Positions 29,177 to 44,469 of a DNA stretch of 64,000 nt are shown in pieces. Source of the stretch: Octopus vulgaris (lineage: Eukaryota). Below the pieces are notes generated by a model, which had not been told where the DNA came from, searched no databases, and was given only the letters and a program-made list of their open reading frames with translations. Where the stretch lies: NCBI GenBank assembly GCA_951406725.2, contig OX597826.1, forward strand, positions 78,492,001 through 78,556,000, in the 5' to 3' direction. The translations under genes and the position numbers were made by a program. The number at the start of each line of letters is the position of its first letter. Within the stretch, counting starts at the first letter, position 1.

Positions 29177-29294
29177 ATATATATATATATATATATATAT
29201 ATATCATCAAAATGAGGGTGAAAAATTTGGATATTGATTTGATAACATCAGTTTTAACACCAGTGGTCTAGCATAAAAAACTGAGATTCAGTAA

Positions 29295-29459
29295 ATAGTA
29301 TTTCATACATAAATATAAGAGGGGATGTTTTAACCAGTATGTGGAAACCCTTATGCTAGAATATCCTTAGTGGTTTAGACCATAGCGGATCTTCTTCTAG
29401 CATAAGGGTTTCCATATAGCGGTTTAAAAAAATTCCTCTTATATCTATGTATGAAATAC

Positions 29460-29462
<3 letters not shown>
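29295..29462. repeat. Imperfect inverted repeat (~67-bp arms) in a (TA)n-flanked unit (29203-29462)
   Basis: atagtatttcatacata..atataagagg..tggaaacccttatgctagaa pairs with ttctagcataagggtttcca..cctcttatat..tatgtatgaaatactat. Confidence 0.9.
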
Positions 29463-29516
<54 letters not shown>

Positions 29517-29874
29517 TGAAAGAGACAAACAGACAGAGCATGCCGGTGGTATTTTTGGACTTATTTCGACAAAACTTTTGCACATGGTCTCGATAAAGTT
29601 CCTTATAAGGTATACTATGAATCTACCTTCAACTTGGATGACTACATCAATGCGGGACTGAGATCATTGTCATACCTGCACTAAATGTTCCTTCTTCAGT
29701 TTGGACATCACCTGGACAATGGGGATTTTCAGTGAAGTTTCCCTATTGTCACTTCTGAGAACGACCCCAACGTAGTGGACTATAGGGCTTAAATGTAGCG
29801 AGCTATGAAGGCCGCTACCTTGGAGTATCCTTTAATGTCCGTTTTGAGATAAGATCCGGCAAGAATGGAATGTG

Positions 29875-30270
29875 AGGCGTAGCCGTATAGTAAGTAGTTT
29901 GCTTTCCAACCATATGATTTTGGGTTCAGTTCCACTGCGTGACACCTTGGACAAGTGACTGCTACTATAGCCTTGTGAGTGAAATTGGTCGACGGAAACT
30001 GAAAGAAACCCGTCGTATATATATGTATGTGTGTGTATACACATACACACACACATGGAGGGTCTGTGTCTGTCCCCACCACCGCTTCATAACTGATATT
30101 AGTGTATTAATTAATGCACCCGTAGCATAGCGGTTCGGCAAATGAGACCGATGGGATAAGTACCAAGCTTTAAAAGTGTTCGGTGGGAGGGTTGATTCCT
30201 TCGATTAAAATTCTTCAAGGCGGTGCCCCAGCATGGCCGCAGTGACCGAAACTGGTAAACAAAAAAGATT
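29875..30270 (+). mobile_element. CORE-type SINE
   Basis: Family head, core and tail. Confidence 0.75.
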
Positions 30271-30924
30271 TGAAAAAAGTATTCTACCTCCTCCCCCTTG
30301 TGCGGATTTCTGCATTTCTTTGTTTGGAAATCGTTGCTCGAAATACAGAAAAAGCAAGGTAAGTGGGAGAATCAGTAGAGTTCGGACTAAAGATGTCGCG
30401 GTGCCTGGTTCAAATTCCACTGGGGTCACCGATTTTTTACATTACATCAGCAGCAAATGGGTTTTTACCCTTTATAAACGGATGTAAACTCTTTTATACT
30501 CTTTTCTCTCCTAAACTTATATATTTGGTCTGTGCAGGGAATTAGTATTGTGTAATATAAGTCATGGTTTAGTGTTTCAGTATCGAAGGAAATCTCTCAG
30601 GAAACTTAAACAGTGATTCCAAGTGAAATGCATTTAGTTTCGGTTCTAGCAGAATTGACCAAACATGGATCAATAAGAAAGACATTGAAACGTGCTCCAA
30701 TTCTCCTTCATATACACCCTGTTGTCTTAGAAAAAGAGAACTGTACTCTGGATATTGTATGCTAAAATAGACTATTTGTGAAGAAATACAGCCGGATGAT
30801 CACAGAGATTTCCCGTCCATAAGTCCCTTTAGAGTTGGTGTGGAACTAAAATAAGAGAACCATGAATATCACTAATAAACCGTAATACATTCTTGACAAA
30901 TATTGGCAAAAAGAAATCATAGAT

Positions 30925-31315
30925 TGGCGCGGGAGTGGTTGTGTGGTAAGAAGTTTGCTTCGAACCACTGGGTTCCGGGTTCAGTCCCACCGACCAAAGC
31001 ATTGTGAGAGGATTTGGTAGGTGGAAACTGAAAGAAACCGTGTATGTGTGTGTGCGTGTGTGTTCGCGTGTGCGTGTATGTGTGTGTGTGTGTGTGTGTG
31101 TATGTCTATGTGCCTATGTTTGTGTCACACCACCACTTGACAACCGGTGTCACTTTGTCTATGTCCCTGCAACTTAGCAATTCAGCAAAAACAAACGATA
31201 GAAAAAAGTACTAGGCTTTAAAATAAAACTACTGCTGTCGATTCGTTCGGCTAAAAATTCTTCATGGCGGTGCCCCAGCATGGCCGCAATCTAATTACTG
31301 AAACATGTGAAAGAA
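30925..31315 (+). mobile_element. CORE-type SINE with the core deleted
   Basis: Family head and tail; gtcccac joins directly to cgaccaaagc. Confidence 0.75.
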
Positions 31316-31806
31316 AAAAATATATATATAAAAGAAAGATTTTCCTTAATTTTTCTGCTTTCCTTCATACAAAACGCATTAATAAGCCGAAGTCTGTTCT
31401 TTCGGCCATTTTCCTCGTGCCTCCATCTTAGATATCGCCATAACGGTTCGTTCGCTAATCTCGTTAATCATAGTCAACAACTGATAACACTGCGGAATGT
31501 TGCTGGGCTGAAGGAAAGTCCCGGTTTGTGCAATTGAAACGACATTATATTCAAATCGCCATCTGTCGATGTGTGCAAACCATTAGAAGACATGATGCTG
31601 TGGAATTATCTGAGATAAAATCTCCTCAGAGACTTGTAGTGCTAAAAACAATAGCTTTCGAAGCGAGACGAATATAATATATGTATGTATGTATGTATGA
31701 ATGTATGTATGTATGTATGTATGTATGTATGTATATATGTATATATGTATATGTCTGTATGTATATATGTATATGTATGTATGTATAGATAGATACATAG
31801 ATTTAA

Positions 31807-31850
<44 letters not shown>

Positions 31851-31890
31851 CTATATACATACACACACATATATATATACATAGACATAC

Positions 31891-31920
<30 letters not shown>

Positions 31921-31924
<4 letters not shown>

Positions 31925-32717
31925 CAAAATGAGAAAATGGAGAAATATATCTAAATCAATCATCAACTATCAGATAATACCGAATCATATACTTTATTAA
32001 AACACTACACAATAGCAATGAGATTAGACATTAATGCAGTACAATAATTACAATCAATATGGTGAGATATAACTAAATAAATATAACAAGATATAAAAAT
32101 ACATTTACATTATAACTGACAGCTGTTTCGGCCATGAAGATAGGTATGTCTCATTTAACCTATTAGCCATATATTGCAGGTATAAATGAGACATTAACAA
32201 GAATATCTTACGGCCTCTTCGGAGATTCTAATGCAAGTATTAGTACAAACCCTAAAATAATTTACATATAAATATAAATATGAGTGCATACATACTCATA
32301 TTCTTACCTATATATACATATACACAATAATACAATATAAACAATATAAATCAATATACATCAACAAAATGTATTTTTATATCTTGTTATATTTATTTAG
32401 TTATATCTCACCATATTGATTGTAATTATTGTACTGTATTAATGTCTAATCTCATTGCTATTGTGTAGTGTTTTAATAAAGTATATGATTCAGTATTATC
32501 TGATAGTTGATGATTGATTTAGATATATTTCTCCATTTTCTCATTTTGTATTATTAATTTACGGTAAAAATAATTTTACCTTTGCCCACCTAATACAGTA
32601 AATGAATTAATTGCATCGCAATTTTTAACATTTATGTATTAGCTTTGTTGGGTACTTCTCTAGCAGTATATTGGATATATGTTATCCCATGGAGGGTTGA
32701 ATTTACAACCTCTATCT

Positions 32718-32722
<5 letters not shown>
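31921..32722. mobile_element. Non-coding Penelope-type unit with a ~186-bp inverted repeat enclosing a hammerhead, flanked by (TA)n
   Basis: 31921-32106 is a near-perfect reverse complement of 32367-32552. Hammerhead at 32114-32227. Inverted pLTR arrangements are typical of PLE insertions. Confidence 0.7.
32114..32227 (-). ncRNA. Type I hammerhead-like ribozyme with long stem II (U4C core variant)
   Basis: Minus strand reads aatct CCGAAGA ggcc..aagata..atgtctcattta..taaatgagacat..tatctt..ggcc GAAAC agct GTC agtt. Confidence 0.65.
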
Positions 32723-32761
<39 letters not shown>

Positions 32762-32763
<2 letters not shown>

Positions 32764-32972
32764 GTGTTATGTTTGTATGTCTGTGCTTGTCGCCCTACCA
32801 TCGCTTGACAACCGATGCTGGTGTGTTTACGTCCCTGTAATTTAGCAGTTCAGCAAACGATATCGATAGAATAAATACTAAGCTTACAAATGATAAGTAC
32901 TGGAGTTGATATGTTTAGCTAAAGGCGGTGCTCCAGTATTGCCGCAGTTAAATGACTGAACAAGTAAAGTAG
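32762..32972 (+). mobile_element. CORE-type SINE, 3' half
   Basis: cgcttgacaaccgatgctggtgtgtttacgtccc...gactgaacaag. Confidence 0.75.
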
Positions 32973-32990
32973 TCAAACAGTAATATAATA

Positions 32991-33054
<64 letters not shown>

Positions 33055-33817
33055 TTTAATGTACACAGCATAAGGGTATGAGCTAGCTTATAGCTTCGGA
33101 GACGCAGATCTAGACAGCTTTTTAAAGCACGTCTTGAGTCTCCAAGCAATCTTCAGGCTCTGAGCATATGGTCTGGTCAAATTGAAAATCAGGGCGCTGG
33201 CACAAGAGAAACCAATGGAGAAAAAAACAAAAGAAAGTAGATACAAAGAGAGTAAGAGAGAGAGGGGAGGAGGGGAGGAGGGGGAGGACAGAGAGAAATG
33301 TCACAGAAAATCGGGAACTTATTCGCACGTTTATCCCAGTTATTCTCAGCAACGGGAATCACTTTGGACTCCTCTCCATAAGCATCACCAATATCATACG
33401 CATAATCATCATCATCATCGTCATCATAATGGAAATCACCATCAACCCCTTTTGTTATTTGTCTCCTCCTCCTCCTCCCCCTCCGGCCACACCATATTTG
33501 TCTATTCAAAGCGCAGCTATTTTCTTCATTTATTCAAAGTGCCATTGATATTTTCGTAATGTCAGGTGAAGTGTTGGCGAGGCTTCAGATTCTCCTTCAG
33601 AATTCTCTGGTATCCCCGAACATATTTTTTTCGCATTTTCCTTCCAGTTCTTTACTTGGTGTTCTTCGAGTCTTGGTGAGGTTTTTTTTTTTCTCATCTG
33701 AAATTTATTTTCATTTTTGAATCAATTTATTGTCTTCTGCCGTTTTTCCCCCGTCTATCTTAACATGATAGACTTTTTCTATGAAGAATGAATTTCATTT
33801 GTGTGTAGCTATACATA

Positions 33818-33987
<170 letters not shown>

Positions 33988-33993
33988 GGATGG

Positions 33994-34044
<51 letters not shown>

Positions 34045-34408
34045 AATGTGTAGACAAAGATAGAACAGAATAAGTTAATACAAAACATATATAGTCTTTT
34101 TTATCATACATATATGTGTATGCACGCGTATATATAAGTGTGTGACCATAACTAGTCTTTCTTCGCTTATATATAAATATAGGTGAATATCCTTTATTCG
34201 TGTATATATACATATATATATAGAGAGAGATTTATGCATATGTAAGCATATATATATATATATATATATATATGCTTACATATGCATAAATCTGTGTACA
34301 TACATGTATATATATATGTGTGTGTGTGTGTGCGTGTATGTGTGTTTCTGTGTATACACACACAAACACACAGACATATATATATATGTATATATATATA
34401 TTTGTATG

Positions 34409-34442
<34 letters not shown>

Positions 34443-34683
34443 TGTATGTATGTATGTATGTATATGTATGTATATGTATACATATGTATGCATACGCCAA
34501 TTTTGTAGGTTTATATAGAGAAAACTTGTGCTGTAATTTACAGCCGGAATCGGATGATCCGTCAAGTTCCGTATTTTGTGAAAAGTGTCTTTGTCCAAGT
34601 ATGAACTCCAGATAGAGAATAGGTGGTACAGGTGTGTTGTTGTGTGGATGTGTGGATATATGGATGGCAGATTGGATGCTTAA

Positions 34684-35110
34684 GTGGATGGTTGTGTGGG
34701 TGACTGCATATATATATAGATGGATACAGGAGTGGATGGATGGATGGATGGATAGGTAGGTAGGTAGGTTGGTAGGTAGGTAGGTAGGTAGGTAGGTAGG
34801 TTGATGGGTGGATGGGTGGTTTGATGGATGGATGGATGGATGGATGGATAGGTAGGTAGGTAGGTAGGTAGGTAGGTAGGTAGGTAGGTAGATGGGTGGA
34901 TGGGTGGTTGGATGGATGGATGGATGTATGGATAGATAGGTAGGTAGGTAGGTTGATGGGTGGATGGGTGGTTTGATGGATGGATGGATGGATGGATGGA
35001 TGGATAGATAGGTAGGTAGGTAGGTAGGTTGGTGGATGGATGGGTGAATGGGTGGTTGGATGGATGGATGTATGGATAGATTGATAGATAGACAGACAGA
35101 CAGACCGACA
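34684..35110. repeat. Compound (GGAT)/(AGGT)/(GGGT) microsatellite with higher-order periodicity
   Basis: The block ggat..aggt..gatgggtggatgggtgg recurs about four times. Confidence 0.85.
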
Positions 35111-35174
35111 GATAGAAGGATAGATATACAGGTGAAGGCAAGGCCATAATATTATAGCGGTTTTTATTTATATA

Positions 35175-35695
35175 CTAGCTTAAAAGCCGCCCTCCTTGCA
35201 AACTTTTAGGATCGCTCCTGTAGAGGGCTAACTGGGTGTGCTACCCCAAACTAAAGAGGGCTAAATAGCTATATGCTCCGGTGGTGTTTCATTAGATGTT
35301 AAGGCTGGATGAGAATTAATTCTATAAAGCAACCATTCTATTGTTCCAGTCCCAAGTTGAATTCTAACTGTTGGCCAGTTTGTCCCAAAGTTCTTATCTC
35401 AACATAAAATTAACGAAGCGAATGTCATTTATCTCCACCTTGAACTCTGACGTCATCTGACAAACGTCAACCAAGATGGCATGAGTCTGCCAAGACTTAC
35501 CTGCTAGAAATGGCAATTCATATGCTTTTAAATCAGATCCCAATGCTGGATGTTCAAGAAACAAATGAAGGGCAGATTTTCAATCCCAGGATCGTCCTGA
35601 TTCCAAAAAGGTATATGTCTATGCAGAGCAAATATAGACTGAGATACAAGGGTCCCAGACGGACAGACAGAATTTTGCGTTTATTATTTGATAGA
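35175..35695 (-). mobile_element. Short non-autonomous Helitron-like element
   Basis: Minus strand reads A|TCTATCAAATAATAAACGCAAAATTCTGTCTGTCCGTCTG ... gggcggcttttaagCTAG|T. The subterminal hairpin is weak. Confidence 0.55.
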
Positions 35696-36089
35696 TAACA
35701 TTATATAAATATGGAATAAATAAAGATATGTGAAGTAGAGTTCAATACTTCCTTCTTTTAATTCCTGAATTTGCCTGGTGTTAAAACACCTGGAAGTCAT
35801 AGAACTTGCATTTGGACCCGTTTCTTATTTCGTATATTTTCATTTGTCTTGCTTATTTTTACACTTTGGTTTTTTGCTGAATTCTTTTCTTGAGAACACA
35901 TTCTTCGTGGAAAATGGCGAATTTGACGTCGATATCTAGCAAACAGGCTGTCCACTTTTAATGGTCAGTCCTCTAAATTTTGTATATATATATATATTGT
36001 GAAATAATATCAAAAACATTCTTCTGAAAGATATATATATGTGTAGAATAATTATTGTATTAAAAATATAAATTTACATAAAAAATATA

Positions 36090-37625
<1,536 letters not shown>

Positions 37626-38032
37626 GTCTATGTAAATATGTATAAATATAAATATATAATAAGAACAATAGATATGACAGTTGAAAAATTAATAGTTTAA
37701 AATTGAGTCTTTAAACCATCTTACGATCTTTTCGCAAAAGTATTGTCTCTATGATGGAATCCTATTTCCTTATATTATTTCACAATATATTACATATCAT
37801 ATATAATCGCTCGTATTAAATGTATAAGTACTTTAATAGTATTAATACTTTGATACAAATGAGCACTCACTGTAAATTCAGTATATAATATTCATATATA
37901 TATATATATACATTTAACTAAAGATTTATAGATGTGTGTGTGTGTGTGTATTTATACATATGTATATATAAATATATATATATATATATAATTTTCATTA
38001 TATATATATATACTTGCATACATATAATGTAG

Positions 38033-38063
<31 letters not shown>

Positions 38064-38386
38064 TGCATATATATATATATGTATGTATATATATACATAT
38101 ATATATATCTACATTATATGTATGTAAGTATATATATATATATACTAGCAGTATCACCCGGCGTTGCTCGAGTTGTATAGAGAGTTATAGCCAAAAAATA
38201 GCAAAAAAATGCATTAAAATTGAAAAAAAATTAAAGTAAATTTTTCTTTAAATCGTTGACACATCGTATATTTTTAGAGAGTTACTTCCCTTATATAAAA
38301 GCGAAAAAATATTAAAATGGAAAAATATGATGGTAATTTTTTTTAAATCGTAGACTCATCGTAGACGCGCGCTAATGAAGGGCTCG

Positions 38387-38758
38387 TTTGTTATTCTGGG
38401 TAACTTTCTGTAAAATTATTAAAATTTTGTTCAAACATCGCTATAGAAAATGGGTTATTAGCTAATATTCAATTGGGTATACAACAAAATTTTACGATAG
38501 AATTTGTTATTCTGGGTAACTTTCTGTAAAATTATTAAAATTTTGTTCAAACATCGCTATAGAAAATGGGTTATTAGCTAATATTCAATTGGGTATACAA
38601 CAAAATTTTACGATAGAATTTGTTATTCTGGGTAACTTTCTGTAAAATTATTAAAATTTTGTTCAAACATCGCTATAGAAAATGGGTTATTAGCTAATAT
38701 TCAATTGGGTATACAACAAAATTTTACGATAGAATTTGTTATTCTGGGTAACTTTCTG
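38387..38758. repeat. Tandem repeat, 116-bp unit, ~3.2 copies
   Basis: tttgttattctgggtaactttctg starts at 38387, 38503, 38619 and 38735. The units look identical. Confidence 0.95.
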
Positions 38759-39024
38759 ATACCCATAATAATATTTATGGCAAAATAGGCCTTAATTTCA
38801 TTTAAGGTTGTGGGAAATAACAAACTATCGTTTCTTTCGTTTTGTTTACGTTTAGCGTAACAGTTCGTTTCTGCCGTAATGATTTCAAATGGGCTCATTC
38901 GAAAAAGTAAATAGAAATAGTGTAAGGCTTTACTCTTCTGGGAAAGTCTGTGGCTTGGTGCAGTTTCTTCAGAAAAATCACCGAAAGAAACAGTTTTTAA
39001 ATTTTCACTCCATTCAGGTGCCAA
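38735..39024 (-). pseudogene. piggyBac (PGBD / DDE_Tnp_1_7) transposase N-terminal fragment
   Basis: ALHYFYLLFRMSPFEIITAETNCYAK...FPTTLNEIKAYFAINIIMGIRKLPRITN matches the PGBD pattern YF.LF....I..ETN.YA...TT..EIKA+...I.MG+.KLP. Confidence 0.8.
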
Positions 39025-40472
39025 TTCGTGTTCTTAATCGCTGTCGGATTCACTGTTTTCACTTTAATAGCTGCCAACTTGCAAAGACAAAGGAGGAGAA
39101 GGGTGATAGCGTGAGTGAAACAATTCGCTCCCTTTGTGTGTGTGTGCGTTTGCGTGTGGTGTAAACCAGACTAAGAAAAGCATTTGACACACACACCAGA
39201 ATGTGAGTTTTCTGTAAATTTTGCTTAATTAGAGTTTAAATTTTAAAAACTGGACCTGGCATGACGCGATGCATTGTACTCTTAAAACTGCCAGGTAAAT
39301 TGTAATTGAAGAAATCCTATATTGTAGATTTGTATAACTCCCAAAGGGAGGCAGATAAAATCTGCCTTTTATAATAAGAGATATATATATATACACACAT
39401 ACATAACATGGAAGCGTTACTTTCGCTTTTCTCCCTATATTTATGTCACACACGTATCTGTCAATCTCTATCATTCTATCTGCTCCTTTGCGCTTTCTCC
39501 TTCTCTCGCCCCTCTCGTCCCTCTCTCCCTCCCCCTCTTACTCCCTCCATCTCTTTCTCTCTCTCAACCTATCTCTCAAGCCATCTCTTCATACATTTGA
39601 CATGCACTGATTCTATTTTTACCCAGCTTCCTAATTTCATCCATCAGATTCAACAATGGATCCTTAACTATCTTTTATTTTCATATCTGTATTTTTTTTT
39701 TTTACAAACCATTCTCACTCATCGTTTCCTCTCGTTTTTTTGTTTCTTCTTTGTTTTTCTTTGTTTCTAATATTTGTTTGTTTGTTTCTTTCTGCTACTC
39801 TGCACCATTGATTGACTCCTTCTATCAATATTTTTCTCAACTTCCCTTCTTTTTCCCCTCATTCCTTCACGATTTCCAATGATTATTTTTTTTTCGTATA
39901 TTTCTTTTCCGCTGCCATTATTTTTTATTCCTTGTTCCTCATTTTGCCCTTCTTGTGTTTCTCTTCTCGTTTCTTATATTCTCCTTTCCTTTATAACATC
40001 ATTCTGTCTTTATTCCCATTTTTCTTCCATTCTTTATTTTTCTACTATTTCTTTCATTCTTCTTCTTTCATCTCTTCCCCTTTTTTGTAGTTTCATTATT
40101 TCACCTCAATGTTATGTCCGACTCTCTTCACGAGTTATCTATCTTCATTTTTATTGCATCATTTTTTTTTATACTTTTATTTTTATTATTTCTGAAATCC
40201 AAGTATGAATGATATCGTATTTCATCCTTCCTTTTTCTTTCATTATACACATACATACATGCACACACACACACACTCACACACACACTCACACACTCAC
40301 ATATATACATAGATGTATATACATGCATTTATATATGTATATAGATACACACACACACACACATATATATATATACATATATATACATATATATATATGT
40401 TCATATATATATACATATATATATATCTATATGTATACATATACATATATAGATATATATGTGTATATATAT

Positions 40473-40503
<31 letters not shown>

Positions 40504-40548
40504 CATATATATATATATATATATACACATATATATCTATATGTATAC

Positions 40549-40579
<31 letters not shown>

Positions 40580-40585
40580 CATACC

Positions 40586-40616
<31 letters not shown>

Positions 40617-41480
40617 TTATATGTTACCGTTATGTTATCACACATCAGCGTTATCTGATCTTATGATATCGTATCAGCCCGAGCGATGCCACGTTTTACC
40701 AGAATGTAAAACATGCTACTGGATATTATCTCATAGAGCTGCATATTGCGTCATAATGCTGGAAAGAATCCGGTATTATGTTTAGTTATTATTGTTTAAC
40801 ACTAGGCCAGTCTTGAATTCGGTGGACCTGGATTCAAAGGAATTCCGTTCATGCCCTTCGCATCTTTTTGTATATGTGCTACAACCTCACGTCTTTATTC
40901 CGGACAACAATAAACAATGCATCTTGCATTTTTAAAAGACAGCTTAGCAATGATTTACAGCACGTTTGGCTGCTGGTTTTATCAAGTCTAACGATCACTT
41001 AGAGGTCACTTTCTTGTTTCAACATCATGTAATATGTATATAAATATACGTGAGGTGATATAACTCTCTATGTATGTATATATTCTAATATGTAAATGTA
41101 GCTGACGTCACATATTGAGACGAAAATGCAAGCTCGAAGTTGTCCTCTTGTTTCCAGAGAGAAAAAGGTTGTCTTTTACTGAGCAAATTGGTTGTCGAAT
41201 TCTTGAAATAATTTTCCTTGTTATTTAGAATTGGTTCCAATCACTGCTACAAATATGGCTACCGTCTCTCGGTGCGAAAATAAATTCAATGATTCAATAA
41301 TTTATCTTGCATTGAAAATAATTTTCTTCATTTTTCTCTGTCAAAATTCATACCACTTTGGATTACTTCTCTTGGTTGAACATTTTGATGTATGAGGGGG
41401 TGAATGCATGTATACACACACACATTTATATATATCTATATATATTATATATATATACATATATATATATATACATATAC

Positions 41481-41529
<49 letters not shown>

Positions 41530-41530
41530 T

Positions 41531-41652
<122 letters not shown>

Positions 41653-41699
41653 GTAACAATACTTTACGTATGTGTGTAATTGAAAAGCCTGAAGTTGCG

Positions 41700-41930
41700 A
41701 TTTTCGTCCAGAAATTTCCTTCCATAGATGTATTGTGTCAAAAAAGCACAATATGCTTCAGAGCTAGCCGAAAACAAATCACCCCAGAAATAACCACGAG
41801 AGCGACAGATACATATTTCATCGTTGTTGAGGCTTTTCAATGTCACATACTCGTGTCACTGCCGAAACGAAATCGAATCAGCCAGTTGAAGCGTAAAGAG
41901 TTTTGTATAGAATATACACTAGTAAACAGG
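41700..41930 (+). pseudogene. Possible decayed piggyBac C-terminal cysteine-rich domain
   Basis: Frameshifted RCIV..QK..FRASRK..ATDTYF..EA..H.LV..PKRN..S...RKEF resembles the PGBD CRD. Weak. Confidence 0.25.
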
Positions 41931-44066
41931 GTTTATTTCTATGTGTTTATTGTTATACATCAATGTTTTATAAGTTATTATTGAAAAAGATCAGTTATAA
42001 TTTGTAACGCTCTGAATTTTTAAATGCTGGTTTTCTTTGACTGATGAATTACAATGTGTTTATGGGCATTGTATGTAGTGTAGGTGTGCTTAAATGATTT
42101 AGCAGCAATTCAACGATTTAATGATAATTTATGAAAAATTTGCTTTTAAATATTTCGATGTGATTGTGTGATTGTGTATAGGAAGAATATTAAACCTACT
42201 TTGTGTGCCTATATTTAATAAATCTCACAAAGATATAGCAATCGTCGTTAGCGAGATAACTTAAGCCTATATATATATATTTAAATCGTAAATAGTTCTT
42301 AAAAGTAATATCATGTACTATTGGTATTATAGTAAGTGGGATATCCTTATGGTATCTAAGAAGACGTTTTTTTCTACGTGCAAGCGAGGAGAAATTAACT
42401 CCTTATGTTTTTTCGATAATTTAATGTCGTATATTAAAGCTAAGTGTTTCTCGTGAATTCATAAACTACAGAATGAATTCGGTTGTATATGAGGTACTCC
42501 TTTGTTTTAATGTACTATTAAACTGTAAAGTAAATAATTATTTTTCAAAAACTAGACATGTGTCGCTAGGCTTGTGCCGAACCAACTTTGCCTAATGTTC
42601 TTAAATGTTTTTTGCTGTTATTTTGCTGTAATCTATAACATTCTCATTTATGTTTAATGGAAACTGGCTGTATAAATAATAGATTTTTCTAGACAATTGC
42701 TATTGACTAGACGTACGACATACGTTTTGAAAATGGCAATTCGCATTTTAGAATGCCGGTATTTTTTAAATTATTTACTATTTTTTTTTTATAATAATTA
42801 ATGGTTGATAGTATCGAATGCCCCGTTTTGAGTAAATTTGGGTTGAAGATTCTCGATAAAGAGAAACTAGCGTACATTCAGAAGAGGAGTAATTTCCTTC
42901 TTTCATTTCAAAACAACTACATCGAAGTATTAAAAAGAAATTTTCCGTCTTCATTGGGCCGTATAAACCCACCCATGTGCACACAAACAGGAATACATAC
43001 TCAACATATTACCATAAATCCTTTCCTTCAGAAGCGCAGGATAAACAGCAATAAAAAATTCAAAACAAAAAGCAAATATGGCTGATTATTTAAAACAGCC
43101 AATAATATCTTAATACCTAGCAGCAGACCCATACAATTAACTAGATATTACACTTTGAAGCGTGTGATAGCGAAAGTAAGTCCAAAATATAAAGTAGAGG
43201 CGAATTTATTGTAGTTACATGAATATATTACAGTTTAGGGTAGAAGAACGACTACGAATTATTTTGCTATCCAGGTCAAAATACCTGGAAATCGATTTTT
43301 CGGGTGTTTTCTGTTTGGATAAATTGGATTTACGCATTATTGTATAACTATTCAATTGAATGAACCTCCATCATAAGATATGGCTGAGATTTATGGGTAT
43401 ATTTTTCAAAGTCATACCTTACACGTTGGGATTATGATCTACACAAAAAAACAGAATCATTTAAAATTATAGTAGCGAATGTTTTGTCGTTACAGATATC
43501 GAAGAGCCTTAAAAATTAAAAACTAATTATTTTTATGAAGCTAATTAATGCTTTTGATTGTTTTTAATAACTATTTTTCGTTTGTGTCAGCTTGTTCCAG
43601 TCGATGTTTCTAGAGATTAATAAGCTGTCGTCTGTACAGACTCCACCACTGGAATTTATCATGGATCAAATTAAAGATATACAACACGGCAGAGTTCCAA
43701 ATACACGCATACTCTTTTACCCTGAGATTCAGTTGTCAGCGAAAGAAAATAAACACCTAAAGATGAGCGAGAATACCATTTACAGACTGCATTCCTTTCT
43801 ATGGAACGCAACGAAATTCTGTAAGCTAGAAATGAATACAGCCAAAATAAATTCAGATAACAAGGAAAATCGAACAGAAAAGAACAATAAAACAGGGAAC
43901 ACCTCGGTAACCTCTCTCTGTTTTCGTCTTCACAACATTTTTCTTCTTCAGCCTTAATATTCTTTCTTTCTCTCTGTTTTTTTGTTATCTGCTCCCACTA
44001 TACTTAGATGTATTGTCTCTCTATTTTTCTTGCTGCCTCGTGTTTTTCCAAATATCTTCCTCGATC

Positions 44067-44104
<38 letters not shown>

Positions 44105-44114
44105 TGTTGCTGTT

Positions 44115-44469
44115 GAGCGAACGGTCTTCGTCCCAGAGCTCGCAAGATGGGAGAAATCCGAAACGTGGTCCTTTGCTATTCGTAAGACCCGCAGAAGAGA
44201 AAGCAGGTCAACCCCCGACACCGAGAGTATCGACTGATAGATGAATGCGCATCCAGGCTCAACGGTTGCGTAAGAAGTCGGGGACAAGAAACATGAAGAA
44301 AGAGTGAGAGAAAGTTGGAGCGAAAGAGTACAGTAGGGGTCGCCACCACACCCTGCCGAGCCTCCTGGAGTTTTAGGTGTTTTCGCTCAATAAACACACA
44401 CACAACGCCCGGTCTGGAAATCGAAATCGCGAGTCCACTGCCCTAACCATTGGGCCATTGTGCCTCCAC
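44115..44469 (-). mobile_element. tRNA-derived SINE, third head type, with (CAA/CAG)n tail
   Basis: Minus-strand head gtggaggcacaatggcccaatggttagggcagtggactcgcgatttcgatttccagacc with A/B boxes. Confidence 0.7.

Larger units (their letters stand above)
38145..39381 (-). mobile_element. Non-autonomous Helitron carrying a piggyBac transposase fragment and a 116-bp tandem array
   Basis: Minus strand begins A|TCTCTTATTATAAAAGGCAGATTTTATCTGCC and ends cgagcaacgccgggtgatactgCTAG|T: canonical TC...CTAG ends at an AT site with no TSD. Confidence 0.8.

Noticed and set aside
35560-35610. EGQIFNPRIVLIP resembling the Helitron helicase motif VFIPRI.LIP
   Set aside because: It is short, antisense to the inferred Helitron orientation, and has no supporting flanking motifs.
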